NCBI GenBank assembly: GCA_963718565.1
Contig: OY970364.1
Location: forward strand, 1,568,001 to 1,632,000
Direction of reading: 5' to 3'
Length of the DNA: 64,000 nucleotides
Source: an uncultured Verrucomicrobiae bacterium
GTDB lineage: Bacteria > Chlamydiota > Chlamydiia > Chlamydiales > Rhabdochlamydiaceae
Part shown: one piece after another, positions 19,701 to 29,703 of the stretch
How the letters are laid out: each line of letters starts with the position of its first letter
Numbering within the stretch: the stretch's first letter is position 1
Program-made: the position numbers and the translations under genes
Notes under the pieces: generated by a model
Told to the model about the DNA's origin: nothing
Seen by the model: the letters and a program-made list of their open reading frames with translations, nothing else
Databases searched by the model: none

Positions 19701-20501
19701 GCGCTCTTTGGGGTTGCCGTGGGAATCTTTTTCCCAAATTTCACAGGGCTCTCCCGATTGAATATTCATCAAGATTTCATGGGCTTTCCAATCTTCCTTA
19801 TCGATGTATCGGGAATCATTTGCCGCTACGCATCGAATTCCTTTTTCTCTCGATAAAATCAGCAACCGTTCATTGACCTGTTTCTGCTCTTTGATCGCAT
19901 TGAGGTGTTGCTGATAAAGCCATCCTTCTTGGTCCATTTCATCGCGGCGGATGTCTTCATCGCTCATTGGGTGCCGCAGCAATTCGAAAGAGTAGTTTTC
20001 TTTGAAAACGGACTGAAACCATTCGACTTCTGCTTTGAGCTCTTCTTCTTTTCCCTGCAGGATATGATGTGCCAATACGCTACGCTGAGGCCCGGATAGA
20101 CAAATCAATCCCTCATTGTATTTTAATAGGAGCTCTTTATCAATCCGCGGTGTGTAATAAAATCCTTCAAGATGTGCCAGAGAGCTGAGAATACAGAGGT
20201 TTTGATATCCCTGCTTATTTTTAACGAGAAGCACGACGGGGAAACCATTCGGCATTCCAGGAATGCGCTTCTTATCTTGCCGCGATTGGGGTGCGACAAA
20301 CAATTCACATCCAATAATCGGCTTGACACCGACACCTTTGCAGGCTTTGAAAAATTCGACAGCCCCGTACATGTTGCCTTGATCGGTCAAAGCAACTGCC
20401 GGCATTTTGAATTCTGCAGCTTTCCCCGCAATGGCTTCGACAGAAGCAGACGAATCCAAAATCGAATATTGAGAGTGAACGTGAAGAGGGACCCAGCTCA
20501 T
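16764..20501 (-). CDS. dnaE: DNA polymerase III alpha subunit
   Basis: LHVHSQYSILD PHP domain, GPGRGSGAGS, PDIDVD, YGFNKSHA. Confidence 0.98.
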   Translation of the reverse strand: MSWVPLHVHSQYSILDSSASVEAIAGKAAEFKMPAVALTDQGNMYGAVEFFKACKGVGVKPIIGCELFVAPQSRQDKKRIPGMPNGFPVVLLVKNKQGYQNLCILSSLAHLEGFYYTPRIDKELLLKYNEGLICLSGPQRSVLAHHILQGKEEELKAEVEWFQSVFKENYSFELLRHPMSDEDIRRDEMDQEGWLYQQHLNAIKEQKQVNERLLILSREKGIRCVAANDSRYIDKEDWKAHEILMNIQSGEPCEIWEKDSHGNPKERVRNPKRQVSYTHELYFKSPAEMQSLFADIPEAVEESMAIAAQCQFEFDFKTKFYPVFIPPHLEGKAFSKEERLSEAEKFLRNLCEEGIPKRYTPERLAKVTEKHPARDPLEIIRERLDYELSVILPKGMGDYLLIVWDFINWAKKNGIPMGPGRGSGAGSIVLYLIGITDIEPLMFNLFFERFINPERISYPDIDVDICMDRRSEVIDYTLRKYGKEKVAQIITFGTMKAKMAIKDVGRVLSVPLARVNEIAKLVPEDPNMTLDKALEIDPDLKKLYNEDPEVRRLIDIAKKLEGSVRNTGIHAAGMIISGDPIIEHAPVCTAKDSEIVVTQYAMKPVELVGMLKIDFLGLKTLTAIQHAADAIKERREKSIDWINLPLDDKPTFDLLNQGRTMGVFQLESGGMQDLAKQLHIDKFEEIIAVGALYRPGPMEMIPSFISRKHQREMIDFDHPLMEDILSETYGIMVYQEQVMAIASRLAGYTLGEGDVLRRAMGKKDREEMARQREKFRQGALNNGIDEATAMHIFDKVEKFASYGFNKSHAAAYGYLSYVTAYLKANYSSEWMAALMTTDRDDLTKVTKHIREAQTFGIAILPPDINESGQEFVAIARGIRFAMGGIKGIGEGVVEAIIKERTKNGAYQSLYDFIQRIDTRKVGKKVIENLIEAGCLDFSGWSREAMLLSVDPMYEEAAREQKEAAKGVMNLFSLIDGEKDSRFKTPPAVKEKLSKQIIFKREHELLGIYLNGHPLDDFRPQMQRLSCVPFSDLDKFPSGSVCRIAFIIEGVVIKISAKSQRKFAIVTIGDGNGRFELPIWSDLFEEKGALIQENQLLYAVIQKEIQDGQMRLQCRWLGDLSKADEAMIKACDDAYDIAKQQARGFEMREKNKHFRSKAAKEQEVKKSIFQQLKIQLDADLARLSHILALKDAFRAHSGEIPIEITFTAKKGKLGILHIEKSWGVDYHQELERKIALLPSLKALKWE

Positions 20502-20580
20502 GACAAACCACCTTGCTAGCAGCTTATCATACTAGATTGAATCTTGTTATTAAAAAGATGGTTATTCCCAAGGCCTGTGG

Positions 20581-21996
20581 TTATTCTTCTTTCATCGCTT
20601 TGACGGTTTCGACAGTCCCTACAGGATCAGCAGCAGAACCAGCAGGCTGGAGCTTAACCTCAGGCTCTTCCTTGGGGATGAATTTTGGATTGCTTTTGAT
20701 TTTCCATAGCGGCAATAGCAAGATCACAGAAACAACTCCACAGATCCCCAAAGCGACAAAGAAACCATACCAACCTGATATTTCAATAATTTTACTGATG
20801 GGATACCCTGCAGTCGCTGCACCAAGGTAAGCGATCCAGCCAACAAAGCCATTGGAAGTTGCGGCTGCTTTTTTATGAGAAAGTTCCACGGCAGCAATCC
20901 CAATGAGCATTTGAGGGCCAAAGATTAAAAAGCCGATCGTGAACATTAAAATATAATCGAGAACAACGCCAGCAGAGGAAAAGTAGAAGCCGGCAATAGC
21001 AAAGATGACCGCAATACTGAATAGGACATTGATCGGTCCGCGTCTTCCTTTAAAAATTTTATCGGATGCCCATCCGGCGGCTAAACTGCCGAAGATCCCT
21101 CCAATTTCAAACCAGAACACGCTTCCGCTAGCGGCAATCATGGAATATCCTTTCTGCTTGATCAGAAACAAAGCGCCAAAGTCATTGATGGCCTGACGGA
21201 TCACATAGACAAAAAAATAAGAAATCGCAAGAATCCAAATGTACTTATTGCTGAGGACATGTTTGAACAGCATCTCTTTGACGGAGATTTCTTTATCCTC
21301 AGAATGTTTAGCCGCAGGATAGTCGTTTTTAAACTTCTCAATGGGCGGAAGTCCGAGAGATTGAGGAGTATCCCGGAGACGGTTCATCAAAAAAAGACCA
21401 ACTCCAATGCAAGTGACACCGGGGACATACATCGCATAGCGCCATCCCCATGTTTGCGCACAGAATGCCGCGACCAAAGGAATAAGCGCGCCGCCAACAC
21501 TGTGCGAGCTACTGCAAAATCCCCACCAGGTCCCTCTTTCTTTTTGAGAATACCAGTGTGTCAGGAGCCTAGCGCAAGGCGGCCAGCCCCATCCTTGGAA
21601 CAAACCGTTTAACCCCCAAAAGATTGCAAAAAAGACAATGGAAGAGGACATCCCAAAACAAAGATTGAAAACCCCAGTCAAAATCAATCCAATTGCCATA
21701 AAGTAACGAGGATTGGATCTATCCGCGAGGATGCCGCTTAAGAATTTACTGAGCCCATAAGTCATCGCAAGGATGCTACTTAAGATGCCAAGGTCGCTAA
21801 TTTGCAATCCCAAATCTTGCATCAAAACAGGCATCGCAAACGTAAAGCTTTTTCGAGTAAAATAGTAGAAAATGTATCCGACGTACATCCCGTAGAAAAT
21901 GCGCCAGCGCCAGTACTTGTAGTGTTTATTGACCGCGTCGGGATCCTGAATTTCAGGAGTAGAAGGGGGCGGCTTCAATATGTCTAGTATACTCAC
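20581..21996 (-). CDS. uhpC: Hexose-phosphate MFS transporter
   Basis: YYFTRKSF, LADRSNPR, RDTPQSLGLPPIE; GTG start at 21996 behind AGAGGAG; dnaE-uhpC-hisS synteny. Confidence 0.93.
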   Translation of the reverse strand: MSILDILKPPPSTPEIQDPDAVNKHYKYWRWRIFYGMYVGYIFYYFTRKSFTFAMPVLMQDLGLQISDLGILSSILAMTYGLSKFLSGILADRSNPRYFMAIGLILTGVFNLCFGMSSSIVFFAIFWGLNGLFQGWGWPPCARLLTHWYSQKERGTWWGFCSSSHSVGGALIPLVAAFCAQTWGWRYAMYVPGVTCIGVGLFLMNRLRDTPQSLGLPPIEKFKNDYPAAKHSEDKEISVKEMLFKHVLSNKYIWILAISYFFVYVIRQAINDFGALFLIKQKGYSMIAASGSVFWFEIGGIFGSLAAGWASDKIFKGRRGPINVLFSIAVIFAIAGFYFSSAGVVLDYILMFTIGFLIFGPQMLIGIAAVELSHKKAAATSNGFVGWIAYLGAATAGYPISKIIEISGWYGFFVALGICGVVSVILLLPLWKIKSNPKFIPKEEPEVKLQPAGSAADPVGTVETVKAMKEE

Positions 21997-22219
21997 AAAG
22001 ACTCCTCTTTTTCTACTTCTCGATAATGTTTTGACATGCGCATTTCTCAATCAGACCCACAGGACGATTTCAAAAGCACTAGTATTTTTACTAAAATTTT
22101 CAGACGAAGGGAAGTTAAAAATAAATTCCACAAGCATTAAACTTTTTTCTTTTAGATGATTGGAACCATTATATCAGAGATTGATTTTTAGATGTCACTT
22201 CAGGCATGAATGCCATTGT

Positions 22220-22843
22220 ATGAGCGATTTAGACAAAAACATCTATCGGAAGGAAGAACCTTCTCCTTACGAAAAAATTGTCGTCCATCCTATTGAGAAA
22301 GATCGAAAGGAAAGAGAATCTTTTACAAGCTTAAAAAACGCGACCCGTTCGCAAATCTATGCGGCCTTACTGTCCTTTTTTAAAAAAATTCTTTCTTCTT
22401 TTTCTTCTAAAGAAAAAGGTCAAATTCTTATCCTTGATCTTCAGCATCTGATAGAACATATCGTTATCTTTAGACAACAGCTCATAACGCTTTCATTAGA
22501 GGATCAAAGCCATAATCCTGATTTTACGCAGCAATTGTCCGACTTATGGCACCTCATTTTGGAGGCTTGCCACTCCCTTTCTTTCTCATCGGATTCATCT
22601 AAGATTTTGGCTAAAGTGAAATTTTTTATCTCACAGGTCCAAAATTTTCCTCCTGGAGCAGACCACACTCTCGGCTATTATTTCACGGAATATGCTGGGA
22701 AAGATTGGATCCCATTTCCTTTCATGGAATTGCTACAACAGCTTCATGAAGAATACAATGCGAGCCCTGTGATCAGCGTGCTCAACAACTGGCTCGCGCT
22801 TCTCAACGAAATCCTTGGACTTGCCGGCTTCAAGCCCGAATAA
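22220..22843 (+). CDS. Hypothetical protein
   Basis: 207-aa ORF filling the uhpC-hisS gap, followed by a hairpin. Confidence 0.65.
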   Translation: MSDLDKNIYRKEEPSPYEKIVVHPIEKDRKERESFTSLKNATRSQIYAALLSFFKKILSSFSSKEKGQILILDLQHLIEHIVIFRQQLITLSLEDQSHNPDFTQQLSDLWHLILEACHSLSFSSDSSKILAKVKFFISQVQNFPPGADHTLGYYFTEYAGKDWIPFPFMELLQQLHEEYNASPVISVLNNWLALLNEILGLAGFKPE

Positions 22844-22868
22844 AGAGGGAATTAATAAACCCTCTTTA
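22841..22868 (+). terminator. Stem-loop after the hypothetical gene
   Basis: TAAAGAGGG-aattaataaa-CCCTCTTTA. Confidence 0.4.
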
Positions 22869-22926
22869 CTCTTTAGGAATAAGGAGATATATTTTTCTTC
22901 TTTGTCTGATTTTTAGGTATGCTCCC

Positions 22927-24228
22927 ATGGACTATTCCATTGCAAAAGGAACATTCGACATTCTTCCTTTCGAGGTGGACGAAGAAGGTAAATGGCGCGA
23001 ATCGGGGCATTGGCTCCATCTTGAAGAAGTAATGCGGCGCACTGCTCAAGATTATGGTTTTAAGGAAATACGCACACCGATTTTCGAACGCACCGAGCTC
23101 TTTATTCGTGGCGTTGGAGAAAGTTCCGACATCGTCATGAAAGAAATGTACACATTCATGGACCGCGGAGAACGGTCGATGACGTTGCGCCCTGAAGGCA
23201 CAGCTCCTGTTATGCGCGCTTTCGTGGAAAAAAAACTCTATTCTCTACCCGGACTACATAAATTTTATTACATCGGCCCGATGTTCCGGTACGAACGGCC
23301 TCAAGCAGGAAGATATCGGCAACACCATCAATTCGGTGCGGAAGCGATAGGCATTGGGGCGCCGGAACAAGATGCCGAATTGATCGATATGGCTTGTGAG
23401 ATCTACCGTCGACTGAGACTTAAAAACTTGACTGTGCAGATCAATTCCGTGGGCGATGTAGAATCGCGCGCCGCTTATAAAAAAGCTTTAACTGCATATT
23501 TGGCACCTTTCTTTAATGACTTGTCCGAAGACAGCCAAGCACGTTTTACAAAAAACATTTTACGCATTTTAGACTCCAAAGACGTCAAAGATCAAAAAAT
23601 CCTCGAAGAAGCTCCGATCCTTGCTCATTTTCTTACTCCAGAGGCAAAGGCGCATTTTGAAAAAGTTTTGCATCTTCTCGAAGATTTAAAAATCTCATAC
23701 GCAGTCGATCCCAAACTGGTGAGAGGATTAGACTACTATGTCAAAACGGTTTTCGAAGTGACGACAGAAGTTCTTGGAGCACAAAACTCTATCGGCGCCG
23801 GTGGACGCTTTGATGGTCTAACAGCGACTATCGGTGGGCCCACTCTTCCTTCTGCTGGCTTTGCGACCGGGATGGAGCGGATTTTACAAACCATGCTCAA
23901 ACAAAACGTTCCCTTTCCGGCAATTTCGCACTCCCTTGTTTTTTTAGTCCCGATCGGAGAAGAAGCGATGCGTTGTGCTTTTGAACTCGTCTGCCGATTA
24001 AGGCGTGAAAAAATTCCTGCAGAGATCGACCTTAGCGGTAAAAAAATTCAACACGGCTTGCAACTTGCAAACCAACTTCGTGCTGAATACGCGATTGTTA
24101 TCGGGGAAGAAGAGCTCTCTAGCAAAGTGGTAAAACTTAAAAATATGTCAACAAGAGAGTCCGCTGATTGCCCTCTGGACGAGCTCATCCCTAAACTTAA
24201 GGCTTTATTTGAGAAATCCCATGTTTGA
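22927..24228 (+). CDS. hisS: Histidyl-tRNA synthetase
   Basis: LRPEGTA, FRYERPQAGRYRQH, LVRGLDYY. Confidence 0.98.
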   Translation: MDYSIAKGTFDILPFEVDEEGKWRESGHWLHLEEVMRRTAQDYGFKEIRTPIFERTELFIRGVGESSDIVMKEMYTFMDRGERSMTLRPEGTAPVMRAFVEKKLYSLPGLHKFYYIGPMFRYERPQAGRYRQHHQFGAEAIGIGAPEQDAELIDMACEIYRRLRLKNLTVQINSVGDVESRAAYKKALTAYLAPFFNDLSEDSQARFTKNILRILDSKDVKDQKILEEAPILAHFLTPEAKAHFEKVLHLLEDLKISYAVDPKLVRGLDYYVKTVFEVTTEVLGAQNSIGAGGRFDGLTATIGGPTLPSAGFATGMERILQTMLKQNVPFPAISHSLVFLVPIGEEAMRCAFELVCRLRREKIPAEIDLSGKKIQHGLQLANQLRAEYAIVIGEEELSSKVVKLKNMSTRESADCPLDELIPKLKALFEKSHV

Positions 24229-26011
24229 TTATCGAAGAACCCATACTTGCGGAGAGTTGAACCGCTCTCACCTCAAACAAAACGTCACTCTGTCAGGATG
24301 GGTCCATCGCCGTCGCGACCATGGAGGATTGATCTTCATCGATGTGCGCGACCGCTTTGGTCTGACACAGTTGATTTTCGACCCCGAAGTCGTCCCTAAA
24401 GAAATGTTCGAGAAAGCTTCTCGCCTTCGTAGCGAGTGGGTCATTTCCATTAAAGGAACAGTAATCCCGAGGGCGGACGGCATGGCAAATCCTAAATTGT
24501 ACACCGGCGAGATCGAAATCCAGGTTAAAGAACTTGAGCTCCTCTCATCCGCAAAAACTCCTCCCTTTTCTATTTGCGATGAAGAAACGGACGTTAACGA
24601 AGAGCTGCGTTTGAAATATCGTTATCTTGACATTCGGCGAGGCGATATCGCTAGAAAACTAGAGATTCGCCACAAAGCAATGCTTGCGACGCGCAATCAT
24701 ATGAGCAAGCACGGATTTCTTGAGATTTCTACTCCAATCCTAGCGAAATCCACTCCGGAAGGTGCACGCGATTTCCTCGTCCCGTCCAGAATCCATCCGG
24801 GAAACTTTTATGCGTTGCCTCAATCTCCCCAACTCTTCAAACAGTTGTTCATGGTTGCTGGAATGGACCGCTATTTTCAGATTGCTCCCTGTTTCAGAGA
24901 TGAAGACTTAAGAGCAGACCGCCAACCTGAATTTACTCAGATCGACATAGAAATGAGCTTTGGGACCCCAGGAGATCTTATGCATCTCTTAGAGGGGCTG
25001 ATAGCTACGATTTTTAAAGAATCTATTGAAGTGGAAATCCCGCGCAATTTTCCACAGATGAAATACCGCGATTGTTTGGAAAAATATGGAACCGACCGAC
25101 CGGACCTTCGTTTCGAAATGCCCCTGATGCGCATCGATGATATTGCAGGGCGTTCCACATTCGCAGTCTTTCTTGAACAACTCGCTGCAGGAGGTGTCGT
25201 CAAAGCGATTTGCGTCAAAGGAGGCGCGGACATTTCAAGAAAAGAGATTGAAAATTATACGCAATTTGTCAGTAAATTTGGCCTTAGTGGGCTCGCATGG
25301 ATGAAAAACACCCCTGAAGGACTCTCTTCTAGTATTGTGAAATTCTTTTCTCAAGATCTACTTGACGAACTCACTAGCCGCCTAAACATCGAACAGAATG
25401 ATTTGGTCCTGATCGCAGCTGCACCTGAGGATCGTGTGAATCAAGGGATGGACCATCTGAGAAGAAAACTCGCTAGAGATCGCAATTTAATCCATCCTGA
25501 TGCTTTGAATTTTCTTTGGGTGACAGATTTCCCATTGCTCCGCTGGAATGCCGAAGAAAGACGACTCGAAAGCGAACATCATCCCTTCACTTCACCGCAT
25601 TTTGAGGATATTTCGCTTTTAGACAGCGAACCTCTTAAAGCGAGAGCATTGGCCTATGATCTCGTCCTAAACGGCTACGAAATTGGCGGCGGCTCGCAGC
25701 GCATTCACAGCAGCGAGCTACAAGAAAAAATTTTCCGCACTCTCAATTTAACATCGGAAGAGATCAAAGATAAATTTGGTTTTTTTGTGGAAGCCTTGCA
25801 ATATGGCACACCCCCGCATTTAGGTTTGGCTTGCGGCTTGGATAGAATTGTCATGGTGCTCAGCAAAACTGAGAATATCCGCGATGTCATTGCATTTCCA
25901 AAAACACAAAAGGCCAGCGATCTGATGATGCAGTGCCCATCGAAAGTGTCGTCAAAACAGCTCGGAGAGCTTAAAATCAAAGCCGAACCCGTTGAAATCA
26001 GTTGGATTTAA
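24221..26011 (+). CDS. aspS: Aspartyl-tRNA synthetase
   Basis: RTHTCGEL, RRRDHGGLIF, PQSPQLFKQ, FRDEDLRADRQPEF; ATG at 24221. Confidence 0.98.
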   Translation: MFDYRRTHTCGELNRSHLKQNVTLSGWVHRRRDHGGLIFIDVRDRFGLTQLIFDPEVVPKEMFEKASRLRSEWVISIKGTVIPRADGMANPKLYTGEIEIQVKELELLSSAKTPPFSICDEETDVNEELRLKYRYLDIRRGDIARKLEIRHKAMLATRNHMSKHGFLEISTPILAKSTPEGARDFLVPSRIHPGNFYALPQSPQLFKQLFMVAGMDRYFQIAPCFRDEDLRADRQPEFTQIDIEMSFGTPGDLMHLLEGLIATIFKESIEVEIPRNFPQMKYRDCLEKYGTDRPDLRFEMPLMRIDDIAGRSTFAVFLEQLAAGGVVKAICVKGGADISRKEIENYTQFVSKFGLSGLAWMKNTPEGLSSSIVKFFSQDLLDELTSRLNIEQNDLVLIAAAPEDRVNQGMDHLRRKLARDRNLIHPDALNFLWVTDFPLLRWNAEERRLESEHHPFTSPHFEDISLLDSEPLKARALAYDLVLNGYEIGGGSQRIHSSELQEKIFRTLNLTSEEIKDKFGFFVEALQYGTPPHLGLACGLDRIVMVLSKTENIRDVIAFPKTQKASDLMMQCPSKVSSKQLGELKIKAEPVEISWI

Positions 26012-26068
26012 AATAGAGATCAGTTAACTTCGTGAACTGACTCTAATCTTGATTACCTGTGAGAAGCT

Positions 26069-26851
26069 ATGAAAAAACAAATTAGAATCCTTTCCTTACT
26101 CAGCCTCATTGCTATTTTTTCTGTGTGCGCAGAAGAAAAAGCAGCAGCTCAACCGAAGACAACGCAGGCTGCGGCGCAACCTGCAGCTCCAACGAATCAG
26201 CCTGTCGAAATCGCACGGCTATCTGAAGCATTTGGACATGTGATTGGCAAAAATCTCGAAAATATCGGTGTGAAATTCGATATGGTTCAAGTGATCAAAG
26301 GGCTTGAAGATGCCATTGCCGGCAAAGAATCTCCCATGTCAGAAATGGAATGCATACAGGCCATTGCTTCCGTGCAAGAAAAAATTTTCAAAGAGCAATG
26401 CACGGAAAATCTCAAAAGAGCAGAAACTTTTTTGGCTGATAATGCCAGGGCTGAAGGAGTCGTCGCTTTAGAAGATGGAAAAGTGCAATACCGCGTTCTC
26501 GAAAAAGGAACTGGGGCAGAGATCGAGTCTCACTTTTCTCCACAGATCAGATATACAGGCAAATATCTCGATGGATCTGTTTTTGGTGCATCGAAAGAGG
26601 AAGAGACAATTTCACTGGATGAAATCATTCCTGGGTTGAAAGCCGGTCTGGTTGGGATGAGAGAAGGGGAAAAACGCACCCTCTATATCCACCCCGACCT
26701 CGCTTATGGCACAAATGGATATCTTCCTCCTAATTCGTTGCTAACATTCGACATTGAAATTGTGAAAGCCAACGCTCCCATTAAAGAAACGGTTGAACCA
26801 GATATCCAAGCAAAGAATGAAATAGCCGAAGTCAAAACAGACATTCGATAA
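26069..26851 (+). CDS. mip: FKBP-type PPIase (Mip)
   Basis: Signal peptide, YTGKYLDGSVF, IHPDLAYG, PPNSLLTFDIE; follows aspS. Confidence 0.9.
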   Translation: MKKQIRILSLLSLIAIFSVCAEEKAAAQPKTTQAAAQPAAPTNQPVEIARLSEAFGHVIGKNLENIGVKFDMVQVIKGLEDAIAGKESPMSEMECIQAIASVQEKIFKEQCTENLKRAETFLADNARAEGVVALEDGKVQYRVLEKGTGAEIESHFSPQIRYTGKYLDGSVFGASKEEETISLDEIIPGLKAGLVGMREGEKRTLYIHPDLAYGTNGYLPPNSLLTFDIEIVKANAPIKETVEPDIQAKNEIAEVKTDIR

Positions 26852-26932
26852 TATTCTCCCAATTCTTGAGAAAAAAAACAATATCCTTTATGAGGCATGG
26901 AGACAACAAGATTGTCTCCACTTAATTAGCCT

Positions 26933-29089
26933 ATGCGTCTGTTTAAAGTGTCCCTCACATTTCAAATGGCGGTTGCCACAGTCCTTGGCATCCTTTGTGG
27001 ACTTTTTTTCGGAGACCTCTGCGACGTTTTTTCTCCTTACGCATCTGCTTACATCATGCTCCTCAAAGTCACAGCCGTACCTTATCTTATCGGCGCCATT
27101 GTCCATGGTGTCGGTCAGCTAAGTTCTTATCAAGCTAAGCAGATTTTAAAACGGGGATTGATTTTTATTAGCATCGCTTGGTTGATCAACATTGTGATGG
27201 TTTATGGCATCACCTATCTTTTCCCACATCCTAAATCCACGCAGCTCGGCGGATATATTTCTGGAGAAATCCCCAAATTGAACTTCGCAGAACTGCTGAT
27301 CCCCGACAATATCTTCTATGACCTAGCAAATAACGTTGTGCCTGCCATTGTGATTTTTTCCCTTCTCATCGGCATCGCCCTGATGCTCCTCAAAGAAAAA
27401 GATGTCATCATGAAAGGGATGGAAAATCTTGTCGAAGCTCTAACCCGCATTACCTCTTGGATTGCCCGCATCACACCGCTCGGCACTTTTCTTATTATTG
27501 CCAACCAGATTGGAACCATTCAATTTTCCACCGTCAAACAAGTCAGCACATATGTGATTCTATATATCTTCGGAGTCTGCACTATCATTTTTTGGATATT
27601 CCCCCGTCTGACCCACATATTGACAGGCATCCCTTCTTATAAGTGGCTGCAGCAGCTGCTCCCCATATTACTTCTCGCTTATACAACCAATGTGGTGATC
27701 GTCTGCCTGCCCTATATTATCGAACTGCTAAAAAAAGAAACTCAACTTCTTGATCCCAATGATGGAAGGGCGCAAAACCAGATCCAAGGGACTGTCTCCG
27801 TCGTCTTCAATTTGCCGCTGGGCTCTTTTTTTATCACTGTATTCGTTTTTTTTGTTTCCACTTTTTACAATGTTCCTTTAATGATCGGTTCTCAGATCGA
27901 ACTCTTTGTCACCACATTCCTGACTAGTTTAGGCGCTGTCGGACTCGGTTCATGGATCAATAGCCTGACTTTCATCCTCGACTCTCTTGGACTTCCTCTT
28001 GAATCCATCAATCTCTATTTGGCAACTCTGCCCTTCACAGCAGGTTTCCAGTCGATGATCTCCGTCATTGAAATCGCTTCTCTTTCGCTTTTTATTACCC
28101 TTTCTTGCCGCAATATGATCGTGTTAAAGTGGGGGAGAATTCTCAAAAACGGCTTATTCACTCTCATTCCGGTCTTGCTCGTTTTTTTCGGAATTAAACT
28201 GTTCAACCCTCTTCCCGAAATTAAAAATGAGATCAAGAGCATTTATGAGTTAAATATTTCCTCATCCATCCCCATAAAAATTCACAAAAAACTCCCGTCT
28301 CCCACTGAAGCCGTTAGCGGCGATACCTTTGATCGCATTCTCACAACAAAGATAATTCGCGTTGGATACAATCCCAATTATGCTCCCTTTTGCTTTTTCA
28401 ATGTGGATGGCAATATCGTCGGCTATGATATCGCTTTCGCTTATGACTTAGCCTATGATCTTGGCTGCCAATTGGAACTTGTCCCTTTAGACTATCGTCA
28501 TCTTGTCGAAGAGCTCAACGGTCGATATTACGATATTGCCATGTCGGCCGTAACTATCAACGAGTCCCGTTTGAAAGCCCTCACCTTTACCAACTCTTAC
28601 ATGACACCACGCCTTGTTCTAGTTGTTAAAGAGAAAATGAAAAAGAAATTTGCAAATATCGACACTGTCATTGAGAACAAAAAAATGAAGATCGCAGTCT
28701 TAAGAGGCTCCGCTTATGAAGCCGCTGTAAGAGACATCTTCCCAAGCAAAGAGGTCATTTATCTCGACACCTATGATGAATTTGACTCTTGCGATCCTTA
28801 TGTCGCGCTGCTATGGGAAGAGGCGGAAGCGGCCGCATGGATGCTTTGCCATCGAAATTTCCGGATTCTTTTTTACGCCCCACCTTTGGGTTTTGACTCT
28901 CTAGCCTATGCTATCCGCAGCGACAGCCAACGTTTTCTGCATTATCTCAATCAATGGCTCGAATTAAAAAAATCTGAAGGCTTCACCGAAAAACAATACA
29001 ATTTATGGGTCAAAGGCAAAACCGAAATCGCAGCGCCTGTGGAGCCTCGATGGTCAATCATTCGCAATGTTTTGCATTGGGTGGATTGA
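26933..29089 (+). CDS. Dicarboxylate/amino-acid:cation symporter fused to a family-3 solute-binding domain
   Basis: N-terminal ~460 aa DAACS-like (LIPDNIF, PLGTF); C-terminal RVGYNPNYAPF...VGYDIAFA...DIAMSAVTINESR. Confidence 0.8.
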   Translation: MRLFKVSLTFQMAVATVLGILCGLFFGDLCDVFSPYASAYIMLLKVTAVPYLIGAIVHGVGQLSSYQAKQILKRGLIFISIAWLINIVMVYGITYLFPHPKSTQLGGYISGEIPKLNFAELLIPDNIFYDLANNVVPAIVIFSLLIGIALMLLKEKDVIMKGMENLVEALTRITSWIARITPLGTFLIIANQIGTIQFSTVKQVSTYVILYIFGVCTIIFWIFPRLTHILTGIPSYKWLQQLLPILLLAYTTNVVIVCLPYIIELLKKETQLLDPNDGRAQNQIQGTVSVVFNLPLGSFFITVFVFFVSTFYNVPLMIGSQIELFVTTFLTSLGAVGLGSWINSLTFILDSLGLPLESINLYLATLPFTAGFQSMISVIEIASLSLFITLSCRNMIVLKWGRILKNGLFTLIPVLLVFFGIKLFNPLPEIKNEIKSIYELNISSSIPIKIHKKLPSPTEAVSGDTFDRILTTKIIRVGYNPNYAPFCFFNVDGNIVGYDIAFAYDLAYDLGCQLELVPLDYRHLVEELNGRYYDIAMSAVTINESRLKALTFTNSYMTPRLVLVVKEKMKKKFANIDTVIENKKMKIAVLRGSAYEAAVRDIFPSKEVIYLDTYDEFDSCDPYVALLWEEAEAAAWMLCHRNFRILFYAPPLGFDSLAYAIRSDSQRFLHYLNQWLELKKSEGFTEKQYNLWVKGKTEIAAPVEPRWSIIRNVLHWVD

Positions 29090-29148
29090 AAAGGGAAAGG
29101 TTGAAAGAACTGAAGAAATTCAGGTTATACCCTTTTTGATAAAGAGTA

Positions 29149-29475
29149 TTATTTAGCGCCTTCAATGAAATTCTTAACTGTCGCTGCGTCGCGCAATCCG
29201 ACAAGACGCCCGACCTCTTTGCCTTCTTTATAAAGAATTAACGTGGGAATTGAAGTGACTTGAAATTGAGAAGCAATTTTTTGCGCCTTATCGATATCCA
29301 ATTTACCGACTACAGCCTTTCCTTTGACATCTTTAGCCACTTTTTCAAGAACAGGAGTCATCATCCGGCAAGGGCCGCACCAATCAGCATAAAAATCCAC
29401 CAACACAAGACCGTGTTGAATCTCTTTATTAAAAGTTTCTTCCGCCAATAACTTAATCTCTTCATGACCGGCCAT
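29149..29475 (-). CDS. trxA: Thioredoxin
   Basis: DFYADWCGPCR. Confidence 0.95.
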   Translation of the reverse strand: MAGHEEIKLLAEETFNKEIQHGLVLVDFYADWCGPCRMMTPVLEKVAKDVKGKAVVGKLDIDKAQKIASQFQVTSIPTLILYKEGKEVGRLVGLRDAATVKNFIEGAK

Positions 29476-29595
29476 ATGCCCCTCCGCATTCGTTACAGCG
29501 ATCATAACAATTTTCTATTTTTTTGCACAGATTCTTAAAATAACATAAATCCTTTCCCTAAAAAGAATTTCACCTTACAATTTACCATTTTTTCT

Positions 29596-29679
29596 GCGGT
29601 CATGGCGGAATTGGTAGACGCGCTAGATTCAGGTTCTAGTCGGGGAAACTCGGTGGATGTTCGAGTCATCTTGACCGCA
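29596..29679 (+). tRNA. tRNA-Leu(CAG)
   Basis: Acceptor stem GCGGTCA/TGACCGC, anticodon arm CTAGA-TTCAGGT-TCTAG, long variable arm, GTTCGAGTC T-loop; CCA not encoded. Confidence 0.95.
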
Positions 29680-29703
29680 ATCAATCATTCAGAGGGCTTG
29701 CTT

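Noticed and set aside
29602..29703. N-terminal extension of thiN
   Set aside because: Overlaps tRNA-Leu; the real start is ATG 29704
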